A stretch of DNA of 64,000 bases from Octopus sinensis (taxonomy: Eukaryota), in NCBI RefSeq assembly GCF_006345805.1, contig NC_043008.1, positions 186,001 through 250,000 of the forward strand. The letters are read 5' to 3'. This document shows positions 26,009 through 39,905 of the stretch, piece by piece. A model generated the notes under the pieces. It had not been told where the DNA came from. It made no database searches and saw only the letters and a list, made by a program, of their open reading frames with translations. Made by a program: the position numbers and the translations under genes. Every line of letters starts with the position of its first letter. The first letter of the stretch is position 1.

Positions 26009-26766
26009 GTGTGCGTGTGTGTGTGTGCGATTGACGTCCACTTATATACAGATGTGTACATATATAGTTGTAAGAAGAAAAGCATGAACCCCACAACATA
26101 TATCTGAATTTGTCTTATTGGTGTATGTATTCACTAAGAGTGTTCTGTACTTGTGAAGTAGTTGAAGGCTTTGCTAAGGGGCTTGGATATTTGGTTTGTT
26201 TGCTGTCATCCCTGAGCGCAGATTTTTTGAAGTCGGTGGGTGATGGATGCATAATGGGAAAAGTCATGTCCATGCACATATAAGGATGAAAGTAATTTAG
26301 ACCAATGAAACGGAACGTGAGACGGTTATCATGTGAAAAGATGAGGTAATGATCATGTGAATATGTATGCCTTATTCAATGTACGATAACCAAAAATTGA
26401 GTGTTCCACTCAACTGTGAAAGTGGAAGAAGAATGCTAGGGCAACTTTATTTTGATGCCTCTGTTGTGTCGAACATAAGTACCGGTTATATGTTAGGGAC
26501 AGAGGCAGTTTTAATGTCGAGCGGTAATATTTATTCCCACTTAAACGTGGATGTCCCGTTAAAACAAACTTTACTGCGGCAGTTACCAAGAGAGAAACTC
26601 TCATTTTGATACAAAATGCACACTTGTTCATATCGCTTGCGGGGAGATAAATCCCCACCAACTCCAGCGGCGAGACCACCAGATCGCATGATTTCAACCT
26701 TCCTTGGCATCATCGGTGATGGACGCTCGACCGCTACAGATAGCAGCGATTCATCTCCCTACCAGC

Positions 26767-27085
26767 GATGTAGTAGTACTAGTAATAGTTGTAGTCGTAG
26801 TAGTATTAGCAGCAGCATTAGCAGCAGCAACGGTAGTACTAGTACTAGTTGTAGTCGTAGTAGTAGTAGTAGTAGTAGCAGCAGCAGTAGTGGTAGCAGC
26901 AGTAGTGGCAGTAGTAGTAGCAGTAGTTGTAGTAGTATTAGCAGCAGCAGCAGTAGTAGTAGTAATAATTGTAGTCGTAGTAGTGGTAGTAGCAGCAGTA
27001 GTAGTAGCAGCAGTAGTAGTAGCAGCAGTAGTTGTAGTAGTATTAGCAGCAGCAGCAGTAGTAGTAGTTGTTGTTGTATTATTTG
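26767..27085. repeat. (AGT/AGC)n mixed trinucleotide array
   Basis: Directly visible; yields poly-S, poly-V and poly-T ORFs. Confidence 0.9.
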
Positions 27086-28289
27086 ACATCTGGAGGTGTA
27101 GAGTACTTTAGCTGACTAAAATGATTATTTAACCGCAGCTAATAATATATTCAGTCGTTCTATATTAAGTTTATATAAATTTCAACGTTACCTTTCGTCA
27201 CTCTCCCATTGATAATATAATTACATTTAATATATATATATATATATATATACTTATTATAAACGCTGAAATTGTGGCCAAGCAAAGCTGCTGTATGTGA
27301 TTAATAATGTATTCTCAATTGAGATGGTAATGAGGAAGTGTGACATTCGGAATTGCTTTATGTCTTTTTATATCTAGCGAACATTAATTCTAACCTAACC
27401 GAGCATTTACATAATGTCAACCTACGATTCTGAGAGTGGCTTGCTTAGCTATTTTTTCTCTTCATATCAAGGGAAAGCCAATGAACTGTTGAGAAAGATT
27501 TTGCTGGAGAGGCACACGAGCATATCAGATTTCCATAAATGAGAAATGAAACTCAGAATTGCTTGAGATATGTCAGTATAGCAACGACTACCTCCACTAC
27601 CACCACCACCACCCCTTCAATCACACCACTGCTGTAACCACCACTGCCACCACAATCTTCGCCACCATCACCTACACAGACACCAGCACCAGCACCAGCA
27701 CCACAGATATGGAGAAGAAAGAGATTGATAGTAAGAACAGAAGAAGAGTAGTGAAGGGAATAATAGAAGTGAGCCAGTGATCGCTAGATGCTGGTTGTTG
27801 GTAAAAGGGTTGAATAGGGAAAAGTAAGAGAGACATGATGGAGTAGCAATAAAGAGAAACAGAGTGAAACAAGCAATAGAGATGGGTGGTAGTGAGAGGG
27901 TGAATGTCAAAGAAGATTCATATAGAAGATAGATAGATAGATAGAGAGAGAGAAATAAATAAATATATAAAGAAAGAAAGAAAGAAAGAGAAAACTGAAG
28001 TGAGTCTACAAATTCGTGTTTGGGTGAGAGAAAATTAATTCGACACGATTGTGTGACTATATTATTAATCCCAATTAAATGAAAGACTAAGTCGATTTTA
28101 TTGAATGTTTTGGAATAGTATACGAGAAAGAGTGAGAGAGAGAGAGAGAGGGAAAAAGAAAGAAAGAGAGAAAGAAAGGGAGAGGAATGGACAGAGAGAT
28201 AGCGATATAGATAGACAGAGACAGAGATAAAGGGAGAGAGAGAGAGAGAGATGAGGTGAGAGTATATGAGGATAGATTTTATTTTTCCT

Positions 28290-28548
28290 ATTGGTGCAAG
28301 TCCACAAATTCTTTGTGAGGAAGAGAGAGATTCATACAGACTCATAAGGGCCGGTTTTCCGGTTTCCATGGCGTACATAATCTCCCCACCTGGACGGGAC
28401 GCCGGTCTTTCGCATGATTACTCACTTTTGCCAGTTGAATGAACTAGAATAATATGAAATGAAGTGTTTTGCTCAAGAACACAACGAGTCGCCCAATCCA
28501 GGAACCGAAACCGTAACGACTAAACCATGCGCCTCCACTAGACAGAAG
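28290..28548 (-). mobile_element. tRNA-headed CORE-like SINE (further family)
   Basis: Minus strand gtggaggcgcatggtttagtcg...ggtttcggttcctgg...cgttgtgttcttgagcaaaacacttcatttc; related to 40020-40320. Confidence 0.6.
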
Positions 28549-29124
28549 GAGATGCATTTAATTGAATCTATTTCGCCACCCACTATTCCTGGAATGGTCT
28601 TGGGGGTAGGCATCTCTTCCGTAGTGTCCTACCAGAAGCAACCGCCATTACTTTTTTGCTGGATTCCGAAGCGCGGCCACATAAAACTATGAATATCATC
28701 CAATCATCCCGCACTTGTTTTAACCCTACGTCCCCGAATGGTTGGCTCGGCTTGAAGAATCTGTCTTACAATCTTTTACTGCGACATTGTAATCACATGT
28801 CCATAGCACTGGAGCCTATAACTTTTCGATTCGGTTAAGTAGCGGCTCGACCTATAGAAGCTCCCCGATCTCTGAGCTACCCACTCTGTTGATCAACGTT
28901 ACTCCAGAGATCTTTCAGAAGAACCCCGGTCAATTGAGTCGACACCATTATATAATAACTGGCAACTGTTCCGTAACTTGGAACATAGAAGACATCATAC
29001 GTGATTTAGACAGTTATACTCCAAATTATTTTTCTACGATACCAATCGTTTGCTTATGATAGCCATGAAATTTACTGTATTTTCCGGAATATAAATTAAA
29101 TTTTTAGGCTAAAACTTACAACCA

Positions 29125-29300
29125 AAGGTAAGTCAATTGCATCGACTCTAGTGCTCAACTGGTACTTATTCCATCTACCCCAAAAGGATGAAAAGCAACG
29201 TCGACCTCGGTAGAATTTGAACTCAAAACGTAAAGATGGACGAAAACGCCGCCAAAACTTTTACTCGGCGTGCTATCGATTGTGCCAAGTTTGCCGCCTT
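29125..29300 (-). mobile_element. SINE family B
   Basis: Reverse complement of the family B core and head. Confidence 0.75.
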
Positions 29301-29846
29301 AAAACAATTCAGTTATTAGTGCGTATTGAAGTTGATGCATGCAGGATTTCACAGCTCTTAGTGTCACTCCTTCATAGTCAGCCTATGAACTTTTCCGTCC
29401 AGGCTCGTAACTATTCTGTTAATTCCCAACGTCCTTGAAACGTGAAGAGATAACAAACGAAGAAACAAATACATATTTTTGAAATAAAGTAATATTCTTC
29501 ATTTACTTTTCTTCTCTTCGCTTTCTGTCTAATTGTCCCACTTTCACAGTTTCTGTTTCTGCAACTACTATTGTCTCGTGAGATCTTTTTTTTAGATTAA
29601 TCACTTCTTCTTCTTTCTTTCTTTTTTTTTTTTTTTGTCTTTTTGGCAATTCATTCCTCTGCAAGAGATTACTTTAAATGACACTTGTTATTTATGTGTA
29701 TATCTATGACACAGATAAATCCCTTTGATCTTCGCTAGATTATCATATCACGCAATCTCTCTCTCTTACTTAATATGCCAGTCTCCAACACTGTTGAAGG
29801 CATTGCCAAGTGATTACATTACAAAGGATGTGAACAAGAAAAAGAC

Positions 29847-29878
<32 letters not shown>

Positions 29879-29978
29879 AAGTAGTAGTAGTAGTCCGAGG
29901 AAGTGGGGAACGGAAAAAAAATCAAAAGCCATGAAAAGTGGGTTATTATTAAATATGATGGATAAATATATAAGCTGG

Positions 29979-30062
<84 letters not shown>

Positions 30063-30335
30063 CTATGCTTGCATGTGAAAGCACACATATATGTACTCAC
30101 GGAGGAGCATATTATAATCTACATATGTTTTGTTTTGTTTTGTTTTGTTTCTTTGCAGCCTTTCAGCATCATTTCATAACCAAAATATACTTAATTTGCT
30201 GGAGGAGTGAGTAAAATATAAATGAAGCAACACATACAGATGTTCAGCAGGAAAGTAGCTGGAATGCAAGCGAAAAGAGGTGTGGCACTTTCTCAACACT
30301 GGGCTAATCTATTTATGTACGTAAGTACATATATA

Positions 30336-30392
<57 letters not shown>

Positions 30393-30507
30393 TATATATA
30401 TATTTGTAATATTTATATATACATATATACACATATATAGATAGATATACATACATACACATATATATATATAATAAAATCTGCCTTTTATAATAAGAGA
30501 TATACAT

Positions 30508-30542
<35 letters not shown>

Positions 30543-30669
30543 GTATGTATGGATATAAATAGATATATAAATACACATATATATATGTGTGTGTGTGTGT
30601 AGATACATATGTATATATAATATGCATATATATATAGATGTATAGAAATAAATATATATATGTGTATAT

Positions 30670-30865
30670 ATATATTCTTTTATTCTTTTATTGGTTTCAG
30701 TCATTTGACTACGGCCATGCTGGAGCAGGTGGACCTCAGGACTTATTCTTTGTGAGCCTAGTACTTCTTCTATCGGTCTCTTTTGCCGAACCGCGAAGTT
30801 ACGGAACATAAACACACCAACATCGTTTGTCAAGCGATGATGGGGGAACGAACGGAGACACACAA

Positions 30866-30931
<66 letters not shown>

Positions 30932-30985
30932 GGGTTCTTTCAGTTTCCTTCTACTAAATCCTCTCACAAAGCTTTGGTCTGCCCG
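30670..30985 (-). mobile_element. SINE family A, head-truncated
   Basis: Tail gtttcagtcatttgactacggccatgctggagca; internal (CA)/(TA) repeat; CORE-adjacent segment. Confidence 0.8.
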
Positions 30986-30994
30986 AGGCTATAG

Positions 30995-31079
<85 letters not shown>

Positions 31080-31106
31080 ACATCATCTATCTGTCTGTCT
31101 ATTTAA

Positions 31107-31190
<84 letters not shown>
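30995..31190. repeat. (TATC)n array
   Basis: Directly visible. Confidence 0.95.
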
Positions 31191-31676
31191 GTGCATACGT
31201 ACGTGCGCGTACGTGTGTGTATAAAGACATGTATATATAGATACACACACCGACACGCATACTCACACAAATATGGGAAAGGACGTGTTTGTATTTAACA
31301 GTGTGTGTGTATATTGCATGTTCCACTAATACCCCTCATGTGTGATTTTATAATTCATTGAATTTACCTTGAAGTCAGAAGAAACGACGAGCGTATTCCA
31401 GGAATTCTATAAATTGCTCATCAGTTTCCCTTGACCTTTTAAGCAAGTGGAATAGGATTATCGTTTTCACCAGCTGTCTTTAGTAATTTTCCTCACAGAC
31501 ATGAATGAAGATAATCTGCAAGTTATGTTTGGATTTAATGCTTTCTGCAAAATGGAAAGGTTTTGCACTTAAGAACTTCCTTGTTTTCAAGTGTGAGAAA
31601 ACGAGTTTCGATCATGTATCCAATTAAAGATTTAGGATTTCTTTAAACGCTCCGACCTTTTTGCCGGAAACATAAT

Positions 31677-31680
31677 AACA

Positions 31681-31735
<55 letters not shown>

Positions 31736-31803
31736 TAATAATAATAATAATAACAACAACAACAACAATAATAATAATAATGATGATGATGATAATGATA
31801 ATG

Positions 31804-31846
<43 letters not shown>

Positions 31847-31878
31847 TAATAATAATGATGATGATGATAATGATAATG

Positions 31879-31921
<43 letters not shown>

Positions 31922-32010
31922 TAATAATAATGATAATAAGGATGATGATGATGATGATGATGATGACGACGACGATGATGATAATACTAACAACAACAAT
32001 AATTATAATA
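31677..32010. repeat. (AAT/GAT/AAC)n array with a 75-bp higher-order duplication
   Basis: 31781-31855 and 31856-31930 read as identical by eye. Confidence 0.9.
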
Positions 32011-32139
32011 ATCCTCTCTATTAAAAGCACAAGGCCTGAAATGTTTTGGGGAGGGGACTGGTCGATTAGACGGACCCCAGTATTTCACTGGTCATTAGTT
32101 TATCGACCCCGAAAGGACGATAGGCAAGGTCCATTTTCC

Positions 32140-32565
32140 TATCTGCTAGCCCCACCCAATCCACACGTGCATCCAAAATGGACGTCCCTAGAAAAGCTTC
32201 CAGGCGTCTGAAGAACTCCGGCTGCCCCTCTCAGTCGGTGCTTACACTACAACCAGTCTAAAAGCATTGCCTTCCTTATCGTTCACGTCCAGCACTACCG
32301 ACCAGGACGAGTCCAGAAAGATAGACCGTATCTCGAGATCCAGGCCCTTTCTAAACAACACTGACACCCCACCTCCACTCCCGGCCGACTGAGAGATGCG
32401 ATAATCTCAAATTCATCGAAAATGGGAGCCAAGACCGACCCGTGTGTCCGCGATCCTGATCTCACTGATCTCACATCCAGACTTAGCCATCTGGGGTTGT
32501 TGCGCAAGTGTCCTTGTTTCCACGACGACCCAGGCCACGGACATTTATACACCCTACTTTAAGAA
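32140..32565 (-). mobile_element. L1/Tx1-type LINE apurinic endonuclease fragment
   Basis: Minus strand across frameshifts: LKVGCINVRGLG/SSWKQGHL.NN...; GVSVLFRKGLDLEIRSIFLDS..VVLDVNDKEGNAFRLVVV*APT...FFRRLEAFLGTS...LDARVD. Confidence 0.75.
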
Positions 32566-32589
32566 CGACCAATCTGGTCAGGAAGTAAG

Positions 32590-33290
32590 GAAAGGAAAAA
32601 GGGAGTGTCACTTACTCTCCTGGTGCTGTTTGTGTTCGAGTGATCCTCCCACCCTGTCTGTTTTGTTGGGTTCCTCTGGGAACCCCCTTAAAAGCCGTCT
32701 GCTGGCCGTTACACTGGGAGATCCAGTGTCATACGGGTAGCTCCGCTTAATGCTCGAGTAAGTCTCTAGTGTCATTCGTACCATCATTAGGCTATCCGGT
32801 ACTCTAAATGTGTTGGGGCTGCAGATCACCCCCTCTGTTTCAATGTTCTCGTTTTATGCTATGAAGGCCATCAGCTGTTCTCTGGCCCTCCTTACTTGCA
32901 CGAACTTCCGCTGCTATGCGGAAGGTTGTTGTTTAGCGACATTTTTCTTTTCTAAGTTTGTTGTATTTCTGATTCTGTTGTGGGCGTTTGTGATGGTGTT
33001 GACATTTGGGGTGTTTATAGTGTTGTGTTGTCATCTGCGTGTCTGTGTTTGTCGTTTCTTGGAATTCACCCTTTCTTCTGTGTCTCTTTCTTGTTTTATT
33101 TTGACTTTTAGGCTTCCTCGTCCTCGTTATTTTCTTTATGCTAATGGTAAGTCCAAAAGCGGTACAAGCTCTAGAGAAGATATCCAATATAGTATGCATG
33201 TCCTCTTCGGTGGGAGCAACAAGAACTAAATCATCAACATAAAGGAGCTCCCCAACCAGGGAATTAAGCGATAAAACAAACAGCCAGGCG
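32590..33290 (-). mobile_element. RTE-type LINE RT fragment
   Basis: ELLYVDDLVLVAPTEEDMHTILDIFSRACTAFGLTISIKK (RTE/BovB-like YADD region); downstream WEDH-type motif. Confidence 0.8.
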
Positions 33291-35095
33291 TGTTCAAGAT
33301 ATGAGAAGACGTTTGCCTGGAAGATATGCGTTACAAAGGAAAATACATCCGCATCGCAGTCCCTTATGGAGCAGCGAGAAAGAAAAAAAACATAACATAA
33401 CATGAAGGCCACAGGAGATTTTCTCATACGCGCGAAAAAACAATTGCAAGCTGATCCCGTAAATGTGTGAAACAAAATCTACTTAACCGACCTACTCGGA
33501 GACAATGAAATAGTAGTTTAGTATTTAAAACTGAAGATGATTCGGGGGTGGGGGGGCAACTGATTGAGCTAAAGCATTGTTTACAATTCCATATATTCGT
33601 ACTCTAACAATCTCTCTCTCTCTCTCTCACACACACACACGCTCACTCACTCCCTCTTTTTCGCTAATTATCTATATTGGTACCTAATCACTAAGCCACA
33701 CGCCATTACACAAACACACACACACACGCACATACTGCACCCTACTCCAGTCTCTGCTCTCTTCCCCTTCTGCATCATCATCCTATTCATTATGAGCGTC
33801 ATCGACGAAATGATTACCATCGTCTTAATTATCATCATCCTCATCATCCTCCTCCTCCTCCTTCTCCACCTCCTCCTCATCATCATCGTTGTCGTCGTCA
33901 TGATGTTCATGTTTATCGTCATCGTGATCATTTTCGTTATCGCTTTTGTTGTCGTCGTCGTTGTAATCCTCCTCCTCTCCTCCTCCTCCTCTCATCATCA
34001 TCATCATCATCATCCCATTATCCGAAACAACAACCCCAAACCCTATCGCCACGAACCAACGTCTCTAAACTTCACCATCACAAACACTACCATCATCCCC
34101 ATCATCGTAACCACTCGGGCTCCATAACCACAACGACAATTAACGCCATTACCAACCACCTCCGACTTCCAACAGACTAAAACCATTTTCGTCTCTATAA
34201 TCTCCAGTATCAATGTTATTACCAAACAACTCTCCAATATTCAAAGCAGAACGAACTTTTGACAGGCGTCCAGAAGACTTGGCCATAAATTGTCTGCTAT
34301 CAATAAAGAAATGTTAACACTTAATTGTCTAGACTTCTTAATGTACTTCGATTGTATTAAGCCAAACGTGTGAATATTCCTGTTCTTATTGATACAATAG
34401 ACTTGAGTGGAATTTAAACGCATTCTTAGTCGAATATGATACGGAGTAGCAACAGAAATTCAGATATTAATAAACTCATCAGCCTTATATTGTCATTTGG
34501 GCAAAGTTAGAATTTGGCTGAGGGAAACTGTGTAGAAACCCAAGTATGCTTACCAACCACATGGTTCCAGGTTCAGTCCCACTGTGTGGAACTTTGAACA
34601 AGTGTCTTCATCTATAGACTCGGGCCGAGCAAAGATTTCTACAAAATTCTTGAAGGTGGTGTCCGAGCGTAGCCGCAATCCAATGAGTGAAACAAGTAGA
34701 AAATAAATGATAAGAGATAAAATGTCGGTAAAATTATTACATTATTAATTATAAAGGAATTAATTTTAATTACAAAGACTTAAAAAATTCATTAAGTATC
34801 ATTAAGTTGAAACTTTTGTATTTTCTTAATTTAATGATCACAAAATTTCTATTATGATAAATATTTAATTGAAATTAAATATACTGCCTAATCTATATAT
34901 CTAATAGAAAATTATATCAGCATTAATGTGTTAGTCAATGTATTTTACAATAAGTTGATTGAAAACGAAGTAGAGACACGTAGAACAAGACCAATTATTG
35001 TTTTATACATACATACACACATAGATAGATACACACACACACACACACCACATACATTATATATATATGTATATATATATATATATTTACATATA

Positions 35096-35133
<38 letters not shown>

Positions 35134-36304
35134 ATATATATATATATATATATAATATATATATATACATATATATATAATTTTAATCTAAACGGGAAAC
35201 AAAAAAACAACAACAATGGAACAATTACAGTATTATTATTAATAGGCGCTCAGGAAAGGAAATATATATATATATATATATATATATATTCCTTTTATTT
35301 GAAGATATTTTACGAAAAAAATTCCTTTAAAGTTGAATGGAGTAGCAATTATACATTTAATTTGCTCAGGAAACCAAAGAAAAAAAATAATGATAATTAA
35401 TTTCGTTGGTGTCTTAAATAGTGTCTTTATACTAAACTAAATTATAGTCAAAAGTGTTCACAGATAAAAATGTTTTTAAGAAACGTAGAAATATTGAAAT
35501 TAACAATAAATCAAAATTTCCGTTGCTTTAATTATTCTGATTAAAAGAAGATAAATTTAATAATATACTTTAAAATTATACACTTTTTAATGTTCATTAG
35601 GTAAGAAGCTCTACCTGCCAGAATTGGTTGATCAACTTTACGATTTGTAACCTTAGGCTCTGAGGCTGGTAGCATAATCTATCGAAACAAAAGCAAATAA
35701 AAATCGATGGGCATAACACATAAATCATTCAAATGAGGTATTACATTACAATAAATATTTAATAGAAAATATATAAAATTTATATACATATATTAATACA
35801 TACATTAAAAGCAACATACATTATCTTTCATAGCATAATAACGTGATTTTCGTTCACTAAGTCAAAAGTATTTGAGTGAAATATAAATAAAATTAAAATA
35901 AAATATTGTCTTATTCCTAATTTGTTTTGAATCAATAAAATGTATAAACGTAAAACATTGGTTGCAATTGAAACAACGTTAATATGTAAAACAGTTGTAT
36001 TATTATTATTATTATTATTAGATATAAAGGAGATTGTTTTAGTTGAGAATATTAAAGCTAAACTGAAGAGAAAGAATAAGGGTCAACCTCAAGTTGTGTA
36101 ATAGAGAAAAATATACATGTAAGTAAAAATTGTTATATACAGAAAATATTACATGTTGCGGATGTGTTAAGTTGAGGTAGGAAAATATTACATTAGTTTT
36201 GAAAGCCAGGTAAGTTATTGTGGACTGTGACAATGCAACAGACTTTAGAAGAATACAACAGATTTTTCTACTTAATACTAAACTTAAGTTAAACATATAT
36301 ATTT

Positions 36305-36570
36305 AGGCGCAGGTGTGGCTGTGTGGTAAGAAGCTTGCTTCCAAAACACGTGGTTCCGGGTTCAGTCCCACAGCATGGCACCTTGGGCAAGTGTCTTCAC
36401 CTATAACCTTGAACCGACCAAAGCCTTGTGCGTGGATTTGGTAGACGGAAAATTATATATATATCTATATATATATATATACACACACACACATATATAT
36501 ATACATACATACATACATATATATGTGTGTGTATGTGTGTGTGTCTGTACCCCACTACCATTTGACCAGC
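36305..36570 (+). mobile_element. SINE family A, 5' half
   Basis: aggcgcaggtgtggctgtgtggtaagaagcttgcttcc...ggttccgggttcagtcccac...ccttgggcaagtgtcttc. Confidence 0.85.
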
Positions 36571-37294
36571 AGAGTTGGTCTATCTATCTGTCTATCTATA
36601 CATCCATCCATCTGTCTGTCTATTTAACTATCTATGCACACACACGCACACACAGAAACATTCAATATATCTTCTGTCAAGTACCATGACCTCTACATTC
36701 ATTTCCATTTACCATCTATTTCACCTGCACGTACTTTCCCTTATTTACCAACAACCCCTTCCCGTTTTCATCCCCAACCCTTCTACCGTCATATTTTATT
36801 CCAAACCAAACAATGCACCAATTAATCCATGAAATGTTATCATCTATGAAATATTCTTTGACAGTTCCCCTGCTATTTTAAACATATCGTGATCTCTTCT
36901 TATCAGAAGCTACGTTTACCGCCTTCCTTATACCCATTCGTCTAATCCTGGTTGATATGTATAGAGATGCTTCAGTTTGTCAGGCATTCATAAAATTCAT
37001 AAACGGATGAGGCCGCTGGATAAAAGAATCAAGTGCATGATATTGGCGGCATGCTATTAATATATTTGCACACCAATACGCGTATTCACACGTACGCATA
37101 TACATTCCCGTATGCATGGATACATACAGACCGACCGACTGACAGATAGATACAATTATATCATACTTATTCACACGAAATTACGTGAATGCAGATAAAT
37201 GCTTATTAACTGATCCATGTAAACTTTCGCTCACGCCATTTTATCTTCTTAAATACTAACAGCTTATGAGAATTCAAATTCGATAGATATTGAT

Positions 37295-37650
37295 TTCAAA
37301 TTTTGGCACAAGGCCAGCAATTTCGGGGGTGGATGGAGTTTAGTCAAATACATCGATCTCGACTGATGCTTATTTTATGGACGCCGAAAGGATGAAAGGT
37401 AAAGTCAACCACGGCATAATGGTCTAAATACCACAAGGGTCTAAACATAGAGGAGACAAACAAGTACAGACAAACGGATTAAGTCAATTACATCGACCCC
37501 AGTACGAAACTGGTATTTATTTAATCGACCCCGAAAGGATGAAAGGCAAAGTCGACCTCGGCGGAATTTGAACTCAGAACGTAACGGCAGACGAAATACT
37601 GCTAAGCATTTTGCCCGTCGTGCTAATCGATCCTGGCAGCTCGCCGCCTT
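37295..37650 (-). mobile_element. SINE family B composite
   Basis: Two cores with alternative tails, as at 39505-39905. Confidence 0.8.
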
Positions 37651-37984
37651 AAAATTTAATATAATATTAATTGTTGTAAAATTCTTGTAAAATTCTATAA
37701 CTTACTTCGTTTCCGGTATAGAATTACTTTAAAAAGAAATGTTAATCACAAGCAAATAGACTTCGACGCATATAAACACAAAACACTCACAGAGCTTCAT
37801 AGCAATACAAAAATGTAGGTATCTGAGAAACAATAAACGAAATTTATTGCTTGTAATAGAAAATCTTAGTTGCTTTATAATTTGTTGGTACAATTGATAT
37901 TAATATACAAAGTTTAATGAAAAATTGAAATAAAACGGAGAAGTTCAGACGTGGAAACTGCGTTCAGTCATTCTTTTATTTTTT

Positions 37985-38190
37985 TATTCTTTTATTTATT
38001 TCAGTCATTTGACTGCGGCCATGCTGGAGCATCGCATTCACTCGAACAGATGGACTCCAGGATTTATTCTTTCTAAGCCTAGTACTTATTCCGTCGGTCC
38101 GTTTTGCCGAACCACAGTTACAGGGATGTAAACACACCAACATCACTTGTCAAGCGATGGTGGGGGAGGGACAAATACAGACACACAAAT
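37985..38190 (-). mobile_element. SINE family A, 3' half
   Basis: tttcagtcatttgactgcggccatgctggagca...cttgtcaagcgatggtggggg. Confidence 0.8.
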
Positions 38191-38196
38191 ATATAT

Positions 38197-38247
<51 letters not shown>

Positions 38248-38537
38248 CTTATTCGGGAAAGGATGCGTGGCGTTCGATCATGTAAAATATAAATAATGTA
38301 TAAATATAAATATAAATATAAAGTCCAACAGAGTTTAAAATGAGTGCATCCAAATATAGAGTTTCTAATCAAAATAAGGTTCCCTTATGAGTGAGATTCA
38401 GCAGATTTTTAAACTTGGTCATTCCCAGTAGAGATGGACTTTTGGACTTTACTCATAGGATATTGGAATATTGCATGTATACCATTATGCCTAAAAATGG
38501 ATTTACAACTTCAATACCCATACATGTCTTGCATCTA

Positions 38538-38737
38538 TTTTCTTTCCTCCACCTCACTCTCTATCTTGTATCACATCAAAAACTAACTATGACTTAATTT
38601 TCCTCTCACACCGTCTCCGATGAAGGGATGTTATTAATAAATATCCTAGAAACAGCTGTAAGACATTCTATCTATAAATGTTCTAATATCTACACAGCCT
38701 TGGTATTTTTTAGCTTATTATGCAAAAAATTTTATAT
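38538..38737 (+). mobile_element. Hammerhead-bearing interspersed repeat (probable PLE terminal repeat, family C), copy 1
   Basis: ~200 bp closely similar to 44635-44837; contains a hammerhead fold at 38613-38664. Confidence 0.75.
38613..38664 (+). ncRNA. Type I hammerhead motif, U4->C variant
   Basis: GUCU-CCGAUGA-A-GGGAU...AUCCU-A-GAAA-CAGCUG-U-A-AGAC; helix I GUCU/AGAC; palindromic helix III ACAGCUGU. Confidence 0.7.
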
Positions 38738-38776
38738 ATATATATATATATATATATCTACCTTGTTGTACCTCTG

Positions 38777-38836
<60 letters not shown>

Positions 38837-39504
38837 TATATATGTATATATGTGTGTGTGTGTATGCATGTGTTTATGTGTGTAGGGAGAGAGAAGAAAG
38901 AGAGAAAGACAGAGAGAGAGAGAGAGTTTGGCAGATGAAAGGAGAGGTCGGGAGCAAAAAGGGAGAGAGATGTGTATTCAGACAGATTTAAAGCCCTCAG
39001 CGAATAAACTAACATGAAATAAGCAGCTGACATCAAGAATTTGTGTGCAATAAAAGACTAATTGAATATCAAAAATGGATAGTTTCGCTTCCGGTGACGT
39101 CACCACCACAATCATTTTAATTGAATTTAATTGTTAATTACATTTCTTCTATTGTGTACCATATATTGTTAGGGTGATACTGTTAAGCTGGCGGTGATGT
39201 TGGTAATGCTGGTGTTGTTGTTGTTGGTGTGAATGACGTTTGGTAAATAGTGGTACTGCGCTGCCAGTGGTTCTGGGTTGGCAGTGATAATGGTGGAACT
39301 GGTTGTAGCGTCGGTGATGCTGGGAGTGATGCTGGTGTTTATGATCGTGATGTCGTTGGGTTGGTTGTGCTGTCAGGTTGATGGCGGCATTCGTTGTCGT
39401 TTGTGTTCGTCACGGATGGTAAGGTGAGACTTGTATTAATACTAAATTGGTAAAGATAGGTTTTCGAGAAGTGGTTCAGTTGTGTTGTTGCTTTTAAAAG
39501 TAAA

Positions 39505-39905
39505 TATTCTTTTCTACTCTAGGCACAAGGCTCGAAATTTTGGGGGGAGGAGCCAGTCGATTAGATCCACCCCAGTACGCAACTAGTACTTAATTTATAG
39601 ACCCCGAAAGGATGAAAGGCAAAGTCGACCTCGGCGGAATTTGAACTCAGAAAGTAAAGACAGACGAAATACCTATTTCTTTATTACCCACAAGGGGCTA
39701 AACACAGAGGGGACAAACAAGGACAGACATAGGTATTAAGTCGATTACATCGACCCCAGTGCGTAACTGGTACTTAATTAATCGACCTCGAAAGGATGAA
39801 AGGAAAAGTCGACCTCGGCGGAATTTGAACTCAGAACATAAAGACAGACAAAATACCGCTAAGCATTTCGCCCGGCGTGCTAACGTTTCTGCCAGCTCGC
39901 CGCCA
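39505..39905 (-). mobile_element. Dimeric SINE family B (full monomer + headless monomer with a different tail)
   Basis: Two cores (39600-39670 and 39785-39850) separated by the tail ...cccttgtgggtaataaagaaata. Confidence 0.9.

Noticed and set aside
26616-27111. Poly-Ser / poly-Val / poly-Thr ORFs
   Set aside because: All frames are open simply because of the (AGT/AGC)n array; no splice or homology support.
34720-36300. Very AT-rich stretch
   Set aside because: No termini, ORF or periodicity that I can define.
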